A stretch of DNA of 64,000 nucleotides from Patescibacteria group bacterium (lineage in GTDB: Bacteria > Patescibacteriota > Minisyncoccia > Phycocordibacterales > JACOZG01), in contig JBBTQW010000002.1 of the NCBI GenBank assembly GCA_038065495.1, positions 197,373 through 261,372 on the forward strand. Direction: 5' to 3'. Below, piece after piece: positions 1 through 9,673 of this stretch. The notes beneath the pieces were generated by a model. It worked only from the letters and a program-made list of their open reading frames with translations. It searched no databases and was not told the origin of the DNA. The first letter of the stretch is position 1, and every line of letters starts with the position of its first letter. The position numbers and the translations under genes were made by a program.

Positions 1-36
1 TGCCTCACCATAGCTTTCTTCCTACCAGTCGAGTTA

Positions 37-68
37 CCGCCCCCTGTTGTGGGGGCGGTTATTTTTTT
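37..68 (+). terminator. Intrinsic terminator-like hairpin (ccgccccc-tgttgt-gggggcgg) followed by T9
   Basis: Perfect 8-bp GC stem, 6-nt loop and a downstream T-run, read directly in the sequence. It probably terminates a plus-strand gene lying upstream of the window. Confidence 0.5.
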
Positions 69-150
69 CTAACTCACCCCTGGCCCCTCTCTTACTCTAA
101 GAGAGGGGAAACTCGCCCTCCGCTTAAGCTAAGAGGAGGGTTGGGAGGAG

Positions 151-2160
151 TTATGCTAGTAATTCCAAAAACTCCTCTTCGCTCAAAACTTTCACGTCTA
201 ATTTTTCTGCTTTCTCTAGTTTAGAACCCGGATTTTCGCCAGCCACGACATAATTAGTATTTTTAGAAACCGAACTTGTCACTTCCCCACCCAAGTTTTT
301 TATTCTCTTCTTCGCTTCATCGCGCGATAAACTTGATAGTGTGCCAGTGAGCACGAAAGTCTGGCCGGAAAGTTTTTGCGTTATTTTTGGCGTTGTGACT
401 TGGGCAATTTTCACTTGCGCGAGCAAATCTTGCACGGTTTTTTGATTTTCTGAATTTCTGAACCAATCGAAAACAGACTTAGCCACAATGCTACCAATGT
501 TATTTATTTTTTCTAAATTTTCTAGACTCGCCTCGCTGATATTTCTGATATTTCGGAAATGTGAGGCCAGATCTTCCGCTGTTTCTTCGCCAACTTGCGG
601 AATAGAGAGCGAAACGAGAAAGTGCGCGAGCGAAACAGCGCGACTCTGCTCAATACTCGCGAGTAGATTATTGACAGAAATTTCAGCCAGTCTGGGCAAG
701 TTTAGCAATTTATCTCGTTTAGTTTTTAGCTCAAAAATACTCGCAAAGCTAGAAATTAACTTATGCTCTAGCAATAAATCAATCATTTTCGGCCCACAAT
801 GATTAATGTCGAAAGCGTGTTTGCTAACAAAGTGATAGAACTGGCGCTTGTTCTGTAGAATAGAATTTTTCTGCACTAATTTATACGCCGCCTGACCTTT
901 TATTCTCTCAATCTTCCCAATTCCCAAAATATTTTTAGGAAAGACAAACGGTTTGCTGTTTTTTGGCCTGAGTTCGGGTAAGACTTGCACGATATCTGGG
1001 ATAATGTCGCCGGCTTTGCGGATTATCACCGTGTCGCCAATCCGCACATCTAATTTTTTAATTTCATCTTCGTTATGTAAAGTTGCGCGAGAGACAGTCG
1101 AACCGTCGAGGAAGACCGGCCGGAGATGCGCCACCGGCGTGACGGCTCCCATCCGGCCAATTTGTAAAATAATGTTTTCGACAATCGTCGTCACTTCTTC
1201 GGCGCGAAACTTGAACGCAATCGCGAAGCGTGGCGCTTTCCCCGTATAACCCAACTTCTCCTGATCTAACTTTTTATTAACTTTCACCACCACGCCATCC
1301 AGTTTGTAATTTAACTTATCTTTTTCCTTTTCCCACTTCTGCCAGAATTTAATTACCTCTTCAATATCCTGACAATATTTATAATTCTGATTAACTTTGA
1401 AGCCCAGACTCTTCAACTTAGCTAATTCTTGCTCTTGCGTGCTGGGAATAGCAAAATCAGCTTGCGCAAGATCATAGATAAAACTGTCTAAATTTCTTGA
1501 CGCGACAATTTTTGGGTCAAGTTGCCGAATCGCACCAGCGGCGAGGTTGCGCGGATTGGCGTACAATTCTTCGCCTTTCCGCTTCTGCTCACGATTAATC
1601 TTGGCGAAATTCTCTTTGCTCAACCAGATCTCGCCCTCCACAATAATATTTTCTGGTTTAGTTAATCTGATGGGAATAGACTGGATAGTTCTCACATTAT
1701 TCGTGACATCTTCACCGACCGTGCCGTTACCGCGCGTGGCAGCAGTCTGGAGCAAACCATTCTGATAAGTCAAAACAATTTTGAAACCGTCTATTTTTAA
1801 TTCACAAGTGTAATCAACTCCGTCAGCCGACGGATTCCCCAGCACCTTCTTCACTCTGGTATCGAAATCTCTGATGTCACTTTCCGTAAAAGCGTCATTA
1901 AAAGACCACTGGGGTACCTGATGCGTAATTTTCTTGAACTTATTACTCGCCTCGCCAGCTACTCTCTGGCTCGGCGAATCCGGCGTCACCAGCTCCGGAT
2001 ATTGCGCTTCTAGTTTTACTAATTCATCTTTGAGCGAATCTAGCGCTTCGTCAGAGATCGTCTGCTGGTCTAGAACATGATATTCATAACGATAACGCTC
2101 GATTAAATCGCGCAGTTTGGCAAGACGTTCTGTGGCTTCTTTTTTGCTTATTTCCCCCAT
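151..2160 (-). CDS. ligA: NAD-dependent DNA ligase LigA
   Basis: 669 aa. Adenylation-site KxDG (ELKIDGF), OB-fold, HhH region and a C-terminal BRCT domain (GQTFVLTGTL...VVAGENPGSKLEKA). Length and domain order are typical of LigA. Confidence 0.93.
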   Translation of the reverse strand: MGEISKKEATERLAKLRDLIERYRYEYHVLDQQTISDEALDSLKDELVKLEAQYPELVTPDSPSQRVAGEASNKFKKITHQVPQWSFNDAFTESDIRDFDTRVKKVLGNPSADGVDYTCELKIDGFKIVLTYQNGLLQTAATRGNGTVGEDVTNNVRTIQSIPIRLTKPENIIVEGEIWLSKENFAKINREQKRKGEELYANPRNLAAGAIRQLDPKIVASRNLDSFIYDLAQADFAIPSTQEQELAKLKSLGFKVNQNYKYCQDIEEVIKFWQKWEKEKDKLNYKLDGVVVKVNKKLDQEKLGYTGKAPRFAIAFKFRAEEVTTIVENIILQIGRMGAVTPVAHLRPVFLDGSTVSRATLHNEDEIKKLDVRIGDTVIIRKAGDIIPDIVQVLPELRPKNSKPFVFPKNILGIGKIERIKGQAAYKLVQKNSILQNKRQFYHFVSKHAFDINHCGPKMIDLLLEHKLISSFASIFELKTKRDKLLNLPRLAEISVNNLLASIEQSRAVSLAHFLVSLSIPQVGEETAEDLASHFRNIRNISEASLENLEKINNIGSIVAKSVFDWFRNSENQKTVQDLLAQVKIAQVTTPKITQKLSGQTFVLTGTLSSLSRDEAKKRIKNLGGEVTSSVSKNTNYVVAGENPGSKLEKAEKLDVKVLSEEEFLELLA

Positions 2161-2167
2161 TTGGGGC

Positions 2168-2743
2168 CTAGTATATCATAGTCGAAGCGCGCTCGACGGT
2201 GCGATCGCTGGTAATGTAACAAGCAGCTGTCCCCTCGCCAGATTGTTGAAAATTATTGTAACCCCAAGCTCTGATGAGCGTTTTGCCAACGCCAAGTGGC
2301 AGATTGGTGAGAGGGTTAAGCGTGCCTGGGTCCACACCTTTCGTCACTTCCACATAAGCACAAGTTACTTTCTCGCCACTATCGAAAGTGCCACCAAAAT
2401 TATAAGTAGAAGTAGTGTCAGCTGAATTGATACCGATCGTGAAATCACCGCAAGAAACCGACCTGAGTCCGTTGCCACGGAAAGTTAATAAATTATTTTC
2501 TAAAGTGAAGTAGCCAAACGGGCGCTCATCAGGATTCTCCAAACTATCATAATACCTGGCACAGTTGCGCGCACTATCGGCAGCATAGAAGGCGAACTGC
2601 GACTCGCGCGCGAGTGACGAGAGCACGAGCTGGCGAAGCGTGATGTTTAGTAAAGTCAAACCGACTGTCAAAACAATCGAGACGAGCAAAATCGCAAATA
2701 AGATCGCGACGCCCGCTTTTTGATTTTTATAAAATTTATTCAC
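2168..2743 (-). CDS. Pilus-associated membrane-anchored protein (PilX-like or minor-pilin-associated, unassigned)
   Basis: 191 aa with an N-terminal hydrophobic helix (VAILFAILLVSIVLTVGL) but no GFTLIE processing motif. Cys-rich. Co-oriented with and immediately downstream of the pseudopilin genes. Confidence 0.4.
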   Translation of the reverse strand: MNKFYKNQKAGVAILFAILLVSIVLTVGLTLLNITLRQLVLSSLARESQFAFYAADSARNCARYYDSLENPDERPFGYFTLENNLLTFRGNGLRSVSCGDFTIGINSADTTSTYNFGGTFDSGEKVTCAYVEVTKGVDPGTLNPLTNLPLGVGKTLIRAWGYNNFQQSGEGTAACYITSDRTVERASTMIY

Positions 2744-2755
2744 AGTGTTTAATTT

Positions 2756-3361
2756 CTAACCTTTGCTAAATAAATACTCAACAAGCGTTAGCGTTTTTGC
2801 AATATCTTTGTTAAACCAAGTGACGGTGACAGTCACTTTTAAAATTTCTGAAGAAACTTCGCTCATCTGGATTGAACGCGTAAAAATTGTGCCGATTTGA
2901 TTGGTAGAATTAGCATCGTACAGCTCGTATAAACCATTCCCGTTAGCCTTGTTAAATCTCAACTTACAACTATCATTTGGCGTAAGCTGCCCGCCCGTAG
3001 TGCAATTAGGATCGATGTCTCCAGTCAGCGGATTAACCTGGCAAAAAGTACCGGAATCACCACTCAAACAAGCTTGGAAGCCAGGGTCTTGTTGAAAAAA
3101 ATTCCCCGTTAATTCCGTGTATTGATATTTCCGGGCCAGCTCATAACGCTTATTAACCACCAATTCCATCGCCTCTTGCGCGAGATAGTTAGCTGCGATC
3201 TGATTGGCCGCAAAGATGCCGTCGCCAATGCCGCGCGCCGCAATCTGCAGTGGACCAATCACACCGATAATTAAAATTGTAATCGCCACCAGCGCCTCAA
3301 CAAGGGTAAATCCGCGAGAATGATTGGCGTAAAAATTTTTAATTTTAGAATTTTTTAGCAT
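2756..3361 (-). CDS. Type IV pseudopilin / minor pilin (prepilin-type N-terminal methylation domain)
   Basis: Internal start MLKNSKIKNFYANHSRGFTLVEALVAITILIIGV. Class III signal peptide G|FTLVE followed by a hydrophobic helix. Start trimmed to the ATG at 3361. Confidence 0.75.
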   Translation of the reverse strand: MLKNSKIKNFYANHSRGFTLVEALVAITILIIGVIGPLQIAARGIGDGIFAANQIAANYLAQEAMELVVNKRYELARKYQYTELTGNFFQQDPGFQACLSGDSGTFCQVNPLTGDIDPNCTTGGQLTPNDSCKLRFNKANGNGLYELYDANSTNQIGTIFTRSIQMSEVSSEILKVTVTVTWFNKDIAKTLTLVEYLFSKG

Positions 3362-3368
3362 GATATTT

Positions 3369-4007
3369 TTAGCGTCGGTCAGAAACAGTCGTCTGGATCG
3401 CAAAGTCGCTGGTCTGATGCCCGACCGTGGCGGTGCCGTACAAACTAATCAGCACGCGCGGCTGGGAATCATTGGGGTCACAACCGCTACCATTGTTACA
3501 ATTACCAACAACATAAAACTTGAGACTTTTGACATCCAACTGATCATTAGTGATGGGCGTAAAGCTCGACATCGAGCCGGAATCCGGACCTTTGGCCACT
3601 TGCAATTGTCCCTTGCCAGCCACCGTGCGCAGACGATAAATAAACTTGCGGGGATTGCTAGGGCCTGGATCATCAGCCAGTTTAAACGCAATCGCAGTGC
3701 CCGGAGTGCTGGTGCAATCTTGGCTGTCGGCACTTGGATAATTTGGCGAAATTGGCGGATCAGCAAAATCACTAGCCGCGGCGCAATAATATCCGCCACC
3801 ACTTTTTAATTTTAACGTCATGCTATCGAGCGCAAAGTTGAGATTGTCCATTGCTTGCTTGATCGCCTGCGCTTTTTGGTTGATATTGTTCGCTGTAATC
3901 ACCGCGCCGGTGGCGATCACCGCGACCGTGGCAAAAATCGAAACTGCCACCATCAGTTCGATCAGTGTAAAGCCACGATTATTCTGATTATTATTTTTAT
4001 TTAACAT
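3369..4007 (-). CDS. Type IV pseudopilin / minor pilin
   Basis: MLNKNNNQNNRGFTLIELMVAVSIFATVAVIATGAV carries the canonical prepilin leader + GFTLIE + hydrophobic segment. 212 aa. Confidence 0.8.
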   Translation of the reverse strand: MLNKNNNQNNRGFTLIELMVAVSIFATVAVIATGAVITANNINQKAQAIKQAMDNLNFALDSMTLKLKSGGGYYCAAASDFADPPISPNYPSADSQDCTSTPGTAIAFKLADDPGPSNPRKFIYRLRTVAGKGQLQVAKGPDSGSMSSFTPITNDQLDVKSLKFYVVGNCNNGSGCDPNDSQPRVLISLYGTATVGHQTSDFAIQTTVSDRR

Positions 4008-4699
4008 GTCAGATTAGACGTAACATAAATATGCCCCGTGCTCCAAACGCAAATATTTTTTACAGTATTTGTTTTGGCAGAAGATAAAGTAATTTTAGCA
4101 TAGCTGCAAACGCCCCCAGTGCAAGAAGAATCTAGACTATTCCCGCTGCCATTATTAAAGGCGGCTTCGGGATTTGGGCGATTGAATAGAATATTGAGTG
4201 GAGTAGTGTTAGAAATATCCTGACAAGCACCAGCCGACTCACAGAGTTGAACTTTGGTAAAAACCAGCCCACCACTTAAATTATAAACCTCGCGACATTC
4301 GGAATTAACAACGCCGCAAATACCACCAGCAAGATCGAAAGTTTTGGTAGTACCAGTGTTTTTGTTGTCACCAAATAAAACAAAAGAATTGGCTGACGGT
4401 TGAATCCCGCCCTGACTTAAATTGATATAAACCCCGTAAGACGGAAAGGGAGAGTTAGAGCCGAAGAAAGCTCCCCGCGTCTGGGAGCCGAAGGCCTGCG
4501 CTTGGCGGATGACTAGTGCCACTTCTTGCGCCACCAGATCCAGCGAAGAGCGATCACGGAAGCCGGGTAAGCCGGCCAGCACCACGCCGGTCATGATGAT
4601 AATAATCGAGACCACGACCATCATCTCAACAAGAGTAAAACCTCTCGACTGCGCTCGAGGTAAGGTTCCCTTAGAAAAAATTAAAGACAGTGAGGACAT
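4001..4699 (-). CDS. Type IV pseudopilin / minor pilin
   Basis: ...SRGFTLVEMMVVVSIIIIMTGVVLAGL. The ORF-track start at 4750 is a TTG with a 36-aa leader. The ATG at 4699 (MSSLSL...) gives a more plausible leader and overlaps the end of pilD. Confidence 0.7.
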   Translation of the reverse strand: MSSLSLIFSKGTLPRAQSRGFTLVEMMVVVSIIIIMTGVVLAGLPGFRDRSSLDLVAQEVALVIRQAQAFGSQTRGAFFGSNSPFPSYGVYINLSQGGIQPSANSFVLFGDNKNTGTTKTFDLAGGICGVVNSECREVYNLSGGLVFTKVQLCESAGACQDISNTTPLNILFNRPNPEAAFNNGSGNSLDSSCTGGVCSYAKITLSSAKTNTVKNICVWSTGHIYVTSNLTC

Positions 4700-5456
4700 T
4701 GAGATTAAAAAAGAAATTAAGTAACAAGCCAAGCACAATAAACGGCGCAAAGGGTAACTCGCTCTTCAGGTTAATTTTAGTCGCTTTGAGCAGAATCAGC
4801 AAGACGCCAAAGAGCGCACCGGACCAAAAGGCAAAGATAATTGCCGAGAGCGCGCCCGGCCAGCCGAGCAAGAAGCCCACGCCCAGCGCCAGCTTGGCAT
4901 CGCCGAGGCCCATCCAGCGACCAGACGAGACCCACCAGAGAAAGAAGAAAAAGAGAAACAAAACTAAGCCAGAAACCAAATGCTGAAAAAAAATGGTTGG
5001 AACAATCTGCGTGAACGGCCAGTTAGAAAAAATGAGAGCGAAAATAATAAAAGCGTAGACGAGGCCATCGGGAATTATCTTATGTCGCAAATCATACACG
5101 GTAATTACCAGCAAGAGCGAGAAAATAACTGCGCTAAGCAAGAATAATGGCTTGCCGAGAGAAACGCCCAAAAAGTGCTGGAACAGCGCGACAAACAAAA
5201 CACCATTTGCTAACTCTACCGCTGGATACTGCCAAGAAATGGCGCTCTGGCAGGCACGGCAACGCCCACCTTGTGCGAGAAAGCTGAAAACGGGCACCAA
5301 CTCGTACCAGCTTAGCGTGTGCGAACAGGCAAAGCACTGCGATCTCCCAGTAGAGACACTCCGCCCGGTATTGTAACGATAAATGACAACATTCAAGAAA
5401 CTGCCGACGATTAAGCCGAGCAAAAAAATAAACAAATAGACTGGAAACATTGCCAA
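4671..5456 (-). CDS. pilD: Prepilin peptidase PilD (A24 family; leader peptidase and N-methyltransferase)
   Basis: 261 aa polytopic membrane protein. N-terminal Zn-binding CxxC...CxxC (CFACSHTLSWYELVPVFSFLAQGGRCRAC) and DUF/peptidase_A24 helices. Sits between the pilins and pseudopilins. Confidence 0.88.
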   Translation of the reverse strand: MAMFPVYLFIFLLGLIVGSFLNVVIYRYNTGRSVSTGRSQCFACSHTLSWYELVPVFSFLAQGGRCRACQSAISWQYPAVELANGVLFVALFQHFLGVSLGKPLFLLSAVIFSLLLVITVYDLRHKIIPDGLVYAFIIFALIFSNWPFTQIVPTIFFQHLVSGLVLFLFFFFLWWVSSGRWMGLGDAKLALGVGFLLGWPGALSAIIFAFWSGALFGVLLILLKATKINLKSELPFAPFIVLGLLLNFFFNLNVLTVFNFF

Positions 5457-5474
5457 ATTATAACACTAATCTAC

Positions 5475-5990
5475 TCAAGAGCAGAGACCGGCATTGATTG
5501 GCGCACCACTCACCACTCGACTGGCACTATTAGCATCTACACACCAAGATTTGGTGGGATCATCACGCAAGCGGGCCGCCACCGCCCAAGTATTGCCATT
5601 GGCGTCACAGATAACACTACTAGACATTGCACTAAGTGTGTTGATATACCCAGAAATAATCGTGTCTTTAAAAATAGAATTGGTGGCAAATTGACCCAGA
5701 TCAATGTTACCGCAGAATGTACCACCAGAGCCGATTGCGCACGAAGCTTGGACAATGCAAGAAATCGTACCATAATTGCCTTGTGGATAATTACCATAAA
5801 GAGTCTCTGCCCGATTCCTTATTTGGATTAAATTCTGCTTAATGGCAGCATCGTTGCCACGATTTTTCGCACTACTCACAAGAACGCCCACAATGCTGGT
5901 GAGTATGCCGATAATCGCAATCACCACGAGAAGTTCGATGAGGGTGAAGCCAGAGTTTTTCACAGGTAAATAGACACTATGGCCGATCAA
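5475..5990 (-). CDS. Type IV pilin paralog (copy 3)
   Basis: ..VKNSGFTLIELLVVIAIIGILTSIVGVLV. Start is TTG; there is no in-frame ATG before the processing site. Pilin-like C-terminal region with Cys residues that could form a disulfide loop. Confidence 0.75.
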   Translation of the reverse strand: MIGHSVYLPVKNSGFTLIELLVVIAIIGILTSIVGVLVSSAKNRGNDAAIKQNLIQIRNRAETLYGNYPQGNYGTISCIVQASCAIGSGGTFCGNIDLGQFATNSIFKDTIISGYINTLSAMSSSVICDANGNTWAVAARLRDDPTKSWCVDANSASRVVSGAPINAGLCS

Positions 5991-5992
5991 AA

Positions 5993-6553
5993 CTACAGGC
6001 AGTAGGCCCTATTAGTGTCATCGGAAAAAATCGGGGTTGGTGATGAGGGTGCAGTATAAAATTTACTTACATTGGCACTATCTACACACCACCAGGAGTT
6101 ACCAGAGCTATCAGAGGGCAATTTTGCTGCTACCGCCCACTCAGTGCCCGTAATACCGGCGCCCACACCGTCAGTATCATTAACTTTTACACGAATGCTT
6201 GTGGCTAATCCTCCGGCACTTGTCTGAGCTGACAACAACAACGCTTTCATTTTAGTTACATCGATACCGCCCACAAGACCATCATTATCAAACAGCGCTT
6301 CGGGCCTCTGACAGCCAGTTCCACTAATACCGGTCCAAGTAGTGCCACCAATACCGCCACAACGAGAATAACTGCCCAGCTCGCCAATTGCCAAGTTCAT
6401 TTCTGTTTTTAAATTATTTAATTGTTGCTTCACAGCGGCATCATTAGCACCACTTCGTGCTCCACCGAGCAGGGTGATGGCAATTCCTGACAGGATAGCG
6501 ATAATCGCGATTGTGACCAGAAGTTCAATCAAAGTAAAACCTTTTTTATTCAT
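5993..6553 (-). CDS. Type IV pilin paralog (copy 2)
   Basis: Start trimmed to MNKKGFTLIELLVTIAIIAILSGIAITLLGGAR. Short 4-aa leader typical of major pilins. C-terminal cysteines present. Confidence 0.8.
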   Translation of the reverse strand: MNKKGFTLIELLVTIAIIAILSGIAITLLGGARSGANDAAVKQQLNNLKTEMNLAIGELGSYSRCGGIGGTTWTGISGTGCQRPEALFDNDGLVGGIDVTKMKALLLSAQTSAGGLATSIRVKVNDTDGVGAGITGTEWAVAAKLPSDSSGNSWWCVDSANVSKFYTAPSSPTPIFSDDTNRAYCL

Positions 6554-6647
6554 GCTAAACATTATTACACGAAATATCATAAACGCCCCTGTGGACAACA
6601 CAAAATCCCCCAATAGGGGGATTTTGTTATAAACTAAACTAACCAAA

Positions 6648-7124
6648 TTAAGCGTTATCGCAAGCTACATCACCGCTTGATGCACCGGCAGCAATTTCGG
6701 TTGCAGCAGTGACGGTGCTAACACCAGAATAACCAGTGCTATCAACACAGTAGAAAGTACCATCGTTTAAGACAACAGACGCTCCCCATTTGGTTGGAGC
6801 TACACCAACAGCAGTGTCCTGACCACACTGGACAACGTTAGCCGCTGGAACTTGGGACTGAACAGCAGTCTTCAACGTCAACAAACTACCAGTGACTGAG
6901 GCAGCAGCGTTACATAGATCCACAGCGTAGAGACCGGAGGCAGTTACGCCCAACTCAGCTTGTGAGCGCATTGAGGACATGCTGGCCTTTGCGGATGAGT
7001 CCTTGGCCTTGTTTCTCGCAGAACCAAGCGACGTCAACACAATACCCGACAAGATACCGATGATGGCGATAACCACCAAGAGCTCAATGAGGGTGAAACC
7101 TTTTTTAAGATTCAATTTCATCAT
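6648..7124 (-). CDS. pilA: Type IV major pilin (PilA-like; copy 1, nearest the promoter)
   Basis: MMKLNLKKGFTLIELLVVIAIIGILSGIVLTSLGSARNKAKD, 158 aa. A sigma70-like promoter (TTGACC-N16-TATTAT) lies ~50 nt upstream on the minus strand at 7165-7195. Confidence 0.85.
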   Translation of the reverse strand: MMKLNLKKGFTLIELLVVIAIIGILSGIVLTSLGSARNKAKDSSAKASMSSMRSQAELGVTASGLYAVDLCNAAASVTGSLLTLKTAVQSQVPAANVVQCGQDTAVGVAPTKWGASVVLNDGTFYCVDSTGYSGVSTVTAATEIAAGASSGDVACDNA

Positions 7125-7375
7125 AAATTTCTAAATTCTAATAATTAACTTTCGACTTTTTAATAATAGCAAACATGAGTAATTGGTCAATGAATGGCCA
7201 TCGTGTCGATTCGACGCCATCCAGCCTCCCCTTTTCCCCTCTTTGACCATTACCGGCTAATTATAGACCAGCACGAGAACAGCGCAAAGACAGGAGGATG
7301 TGGACAACTACCGCCCCCGCTCCTCACTAACCTTCGGAGCACCCCCTCCTTAATTAAGGAGGGGGTGGGGGGTGG

Positions 7376-8587
7376 TTAAATTCCGCTCGCCAGATTATAA
7401 ATCGGCACAAGCACAGAGGTGAGCAGCACACCCACGCCCAGGCCCAGCAGCACGATCATGGCTGGCTCGATGAGGTCAACGAGTGTGTCTACGGCATCAT
7501 ACACTTCGCGCTGGTAGAAGCGCGCGATGGTGTCTAAGATAAAGCCCAGTTTGCCGGTTTCCTCACCAACCTTAAACATCTGGATCATAATGGAAGGCAC
7601 TTCTTTATACTTACTCATCACGCCGGAGATCTGATTGCCGGCTTTGACCGATTCGGCGGACTTGAGCAAAATCTCGCGATACACGCCGTTATCTACTACA
7701 TCAGCCGTAATCTCTAGCGCCCGGACCATCGAGATGCCGGAGGTCAACATGGTGGAGAGGTTATCCGAAATACGCGATAAGTAGAGCTTGGCGTAAAGAT
7801 CGCCCACGTAAGGAAGGGAGAGCTTAAAGTGCGAGAGCGAGCGCTTACCAATATCGGTACGCAAGTAACGGGTCACGAAGACGGCCAGGACAACGATGCC
7901 AGCAAGGAGGATAAAGCCGTAATCAACGAAGAACTGACTAATGCCAATCACAATTTTGGTATAGATTGGGATAGCTTGGCCGGTCTCTTTGAGGATCGCG
8001 CTAAGTTTAGGGATCACAAAGACGAACATCAGGATCATTACGGCGATAAAGGAGAGAATGATAAACGCCGGATAGATCAGCGCATTCTTGGCTTTGCTAA
8101 TCAAGCCATGCGAGCGCTCCAGATAAGCGGCTAAATAAGTAAAGACTTCGGATAATTTGCCAGATTCCTCGCCGGATTTGACCATGTTCACGTAGAAGAG
8201 CGAGAAGACCTCCTCATGCTTGCTCATGGCGGTGGAGATTAGCACGCCGCTATTGATCTCATCTGCGACTTCGGTTAAGACCCGTCGCAAGAGCGGATTC
8301 TCGGCCTCGCTGGCAAGCAGGCGGAAGGTGGAGAGCGCCGAGACTTTGGCTTCGAAAAGGGTGGAGATCTGCCGCGAGAGCAGAACTACTTCTTTCAACT
8401 TTGGCCGGCCGGAGAAAATAAAATATTTCGAGAGAAAAGTCTTTTTCGCATCATCAGCCGAGATAATGTCGAGAATAATCAAGCCGCGGCGCTGGAGACT
8501 AGAGATCGCCAAGTCAATGTTTGGCGCATCAATATTGCCCGCTTGCTCCTGATTCTCTTTCGTCGTCGCTTTGTAATTAAATAGCAT
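7376..8587 (-). CDS. pilC: Type IV pilus platform protein PilC (GspF family)
   Basis: 403 aa. Two repeated GspF domains with three transmembrane segments each. Flanked by pilT and the pilins. Confidence 0.9.
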   Translation of the reverse strand: MLFNYKATTKENQEQAGNIDAPNIDLAISSLQRRGLIILDIISADDAKKTFLSKYFIFSGRPKLKEVVLLSRQISTLFEAKVSALSTFRLLASEAENPLLRRVLTEVADEINSGVLISTAMSKHEEVFSLFYVNMVKSGEESGKLSEVFTYLAAYLERSHGLISKAKNALIYPAFIILSFIAVMILMFVFVIPKLSAILKETGQAIPIYTKIVIGISQFFVDYGFILLAGIVVLAVFVTRYLRTDIGKRSLSHFKLSLPYVGDLYAKLYLSRISDNLSTMLTSGISMVRALEITADVVDNGVYREILLKSAESVKAGNQISGVMSKYKEVPSIMIQMFKVGEETGKLGFILDTIARFYQREVYDAVDTLVDLIEPAMIVLLGLGVGVLLTSVLVPIYNLASGI

Positions 8588-8608
8588 GCAAAATAAAGTA
8601 AAACAAAA

Positions 8609-9673
8609 CTAGAGCATCCGGGCCAAGCCTTTGGGATTAAGCGAGTAACGATAAGCTGTTTCCTGACTAATCTCGCCGCGACGCACCAAGTCTGACAAAG
8701 ATTGATTGAGATTAATCATGCCAGCGTCTGCGCCAGTCTCAATTACTACATCAATTTCGGCTGTGCGGCCCTCACGGATTAGGTTAGAGACGGCGTTGTT
8801 GTTGATGAGTAGCTCATAGGCTGGGATCTGGCCGCCAGCCACGCGTGGGATGAGGCGTTGAGAAAAGATCCCAGTGAGCGAGCCGGCCAGCTGGATACGA
8901 ATCTGATTCTGCTGATTGGCTGGGAACGAGTCGATAATTCTATCGACAGTTTGCGAGGCACTATTGGTGTGGAGGGTGGAGAAAACCAAGTGGCCAGTCT
9001 CGGCTGCCGTCACCGCCGTGGCGATAGTATCGGGACTGCGCATCTCGCCGAGCATCACCACGTTCACATCTTGGCGGAACATCGCGCGCATGGCTTGGGC
9101 AAAGTCAACGGTGTCGAAGCGCACTTCGCGCTGGTCAATAATCGATTTATCACCGGTAAACATGTACTCCACCGGATCCTCGATGGTCACAATATGCTCG
9201 GCCCGTTCTTCGTTAATGAGCTGGATCAGCGAGGCCAGCGTGGTGCTCTTGCCCTGCCCTACGGGGCCCACGGCGAGGAAAAAGCCTTGTTTGCGCCGGG
9301 CAAACTCGGCCAGTTTGTCTGGTAAATTAAGCTCGCTTAAGCTCATGATCTTGGTGGGAATGAGCCGGAAGGCCGCGCCCACATAGCCGCGCTGGAGGAA
9401 GGCGTTGCCACGGAAGCGCGTTCCTCCGCCGGCCGAATAAGCAAAGTCGAGTTCTTTGGTCTCGGCAAAGAGCTTCTTGTTCTCGCTCGTGAGGATCTCA
9501 TCAATCAAGCCGCGGGTATCCTCTGGCTTCAAAACTGGTTTATTAACGAGCGGGATCAAGTCGCCAGACACTCTGATCGTTGGATTGCGCCCCACACTCA
9601 AGTGGAGATCAGAAGCGCCCTCTTTAATTACGGTAACAATTAATTCTTCTAATTCTTTTTTATAGTCAGTCAT
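8609..9673 (-). CDS. pilT: Twitching-motility / retraction ATPase PilT
   Basis: 354 aa. Walker A GPVGQGKSTT, Asp box, His box and overall PilT length. 4-nt overlap with the upstream response-regulator gene. Confidence 0.9.
   Translation of the reverse strand: MTDYKKELEELIVTVIKEGASDLHLSVGRNPTIRVSGDLIPLVNKPVLKPEDTRGLIDEILTSENKKLFAETKELDFAYSAGGGTRFRGNAFLQRGYVGAAFRLIPTKIMSLSELNLPDKLAEFARRKQGFFLAVGPVGQGKSTTLASLIQLINEERAEHIVTIEDPVEYMFTGDKSIIDQREVRFDTVDFAQAMRAMFRQDVNVVMLGEMRSPDTIATAVTAAETGHLVFSTLHTNSASQTVDRIIDSFPANQQNQIRIQLAGSLTGIFSQRLIPRVAGGQIPAYELLINNNAVSNLIREGRTAEIDVVIETGADAGMINLNQSLSDLVRRGEISQETAYRYSLNPKGLARML

Noticed and set aside
488-1765. Several 70-104-aa plus-strand ORFs within ligA (488-802, 953-1249, 1547-1765)
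   Set aside because: They are nested antisense within a well-supported ligA and have no start context or family similarity.
3360-3809. 149-aa plus-strand and 117-aa minus-strand alternative ORFs overlapping the pseudopilin gene
   Set aside because: The pseudopilin frame carries the diagnostic GFTLIE prepilin motif. The alternatives lack features and overlap it entirely.
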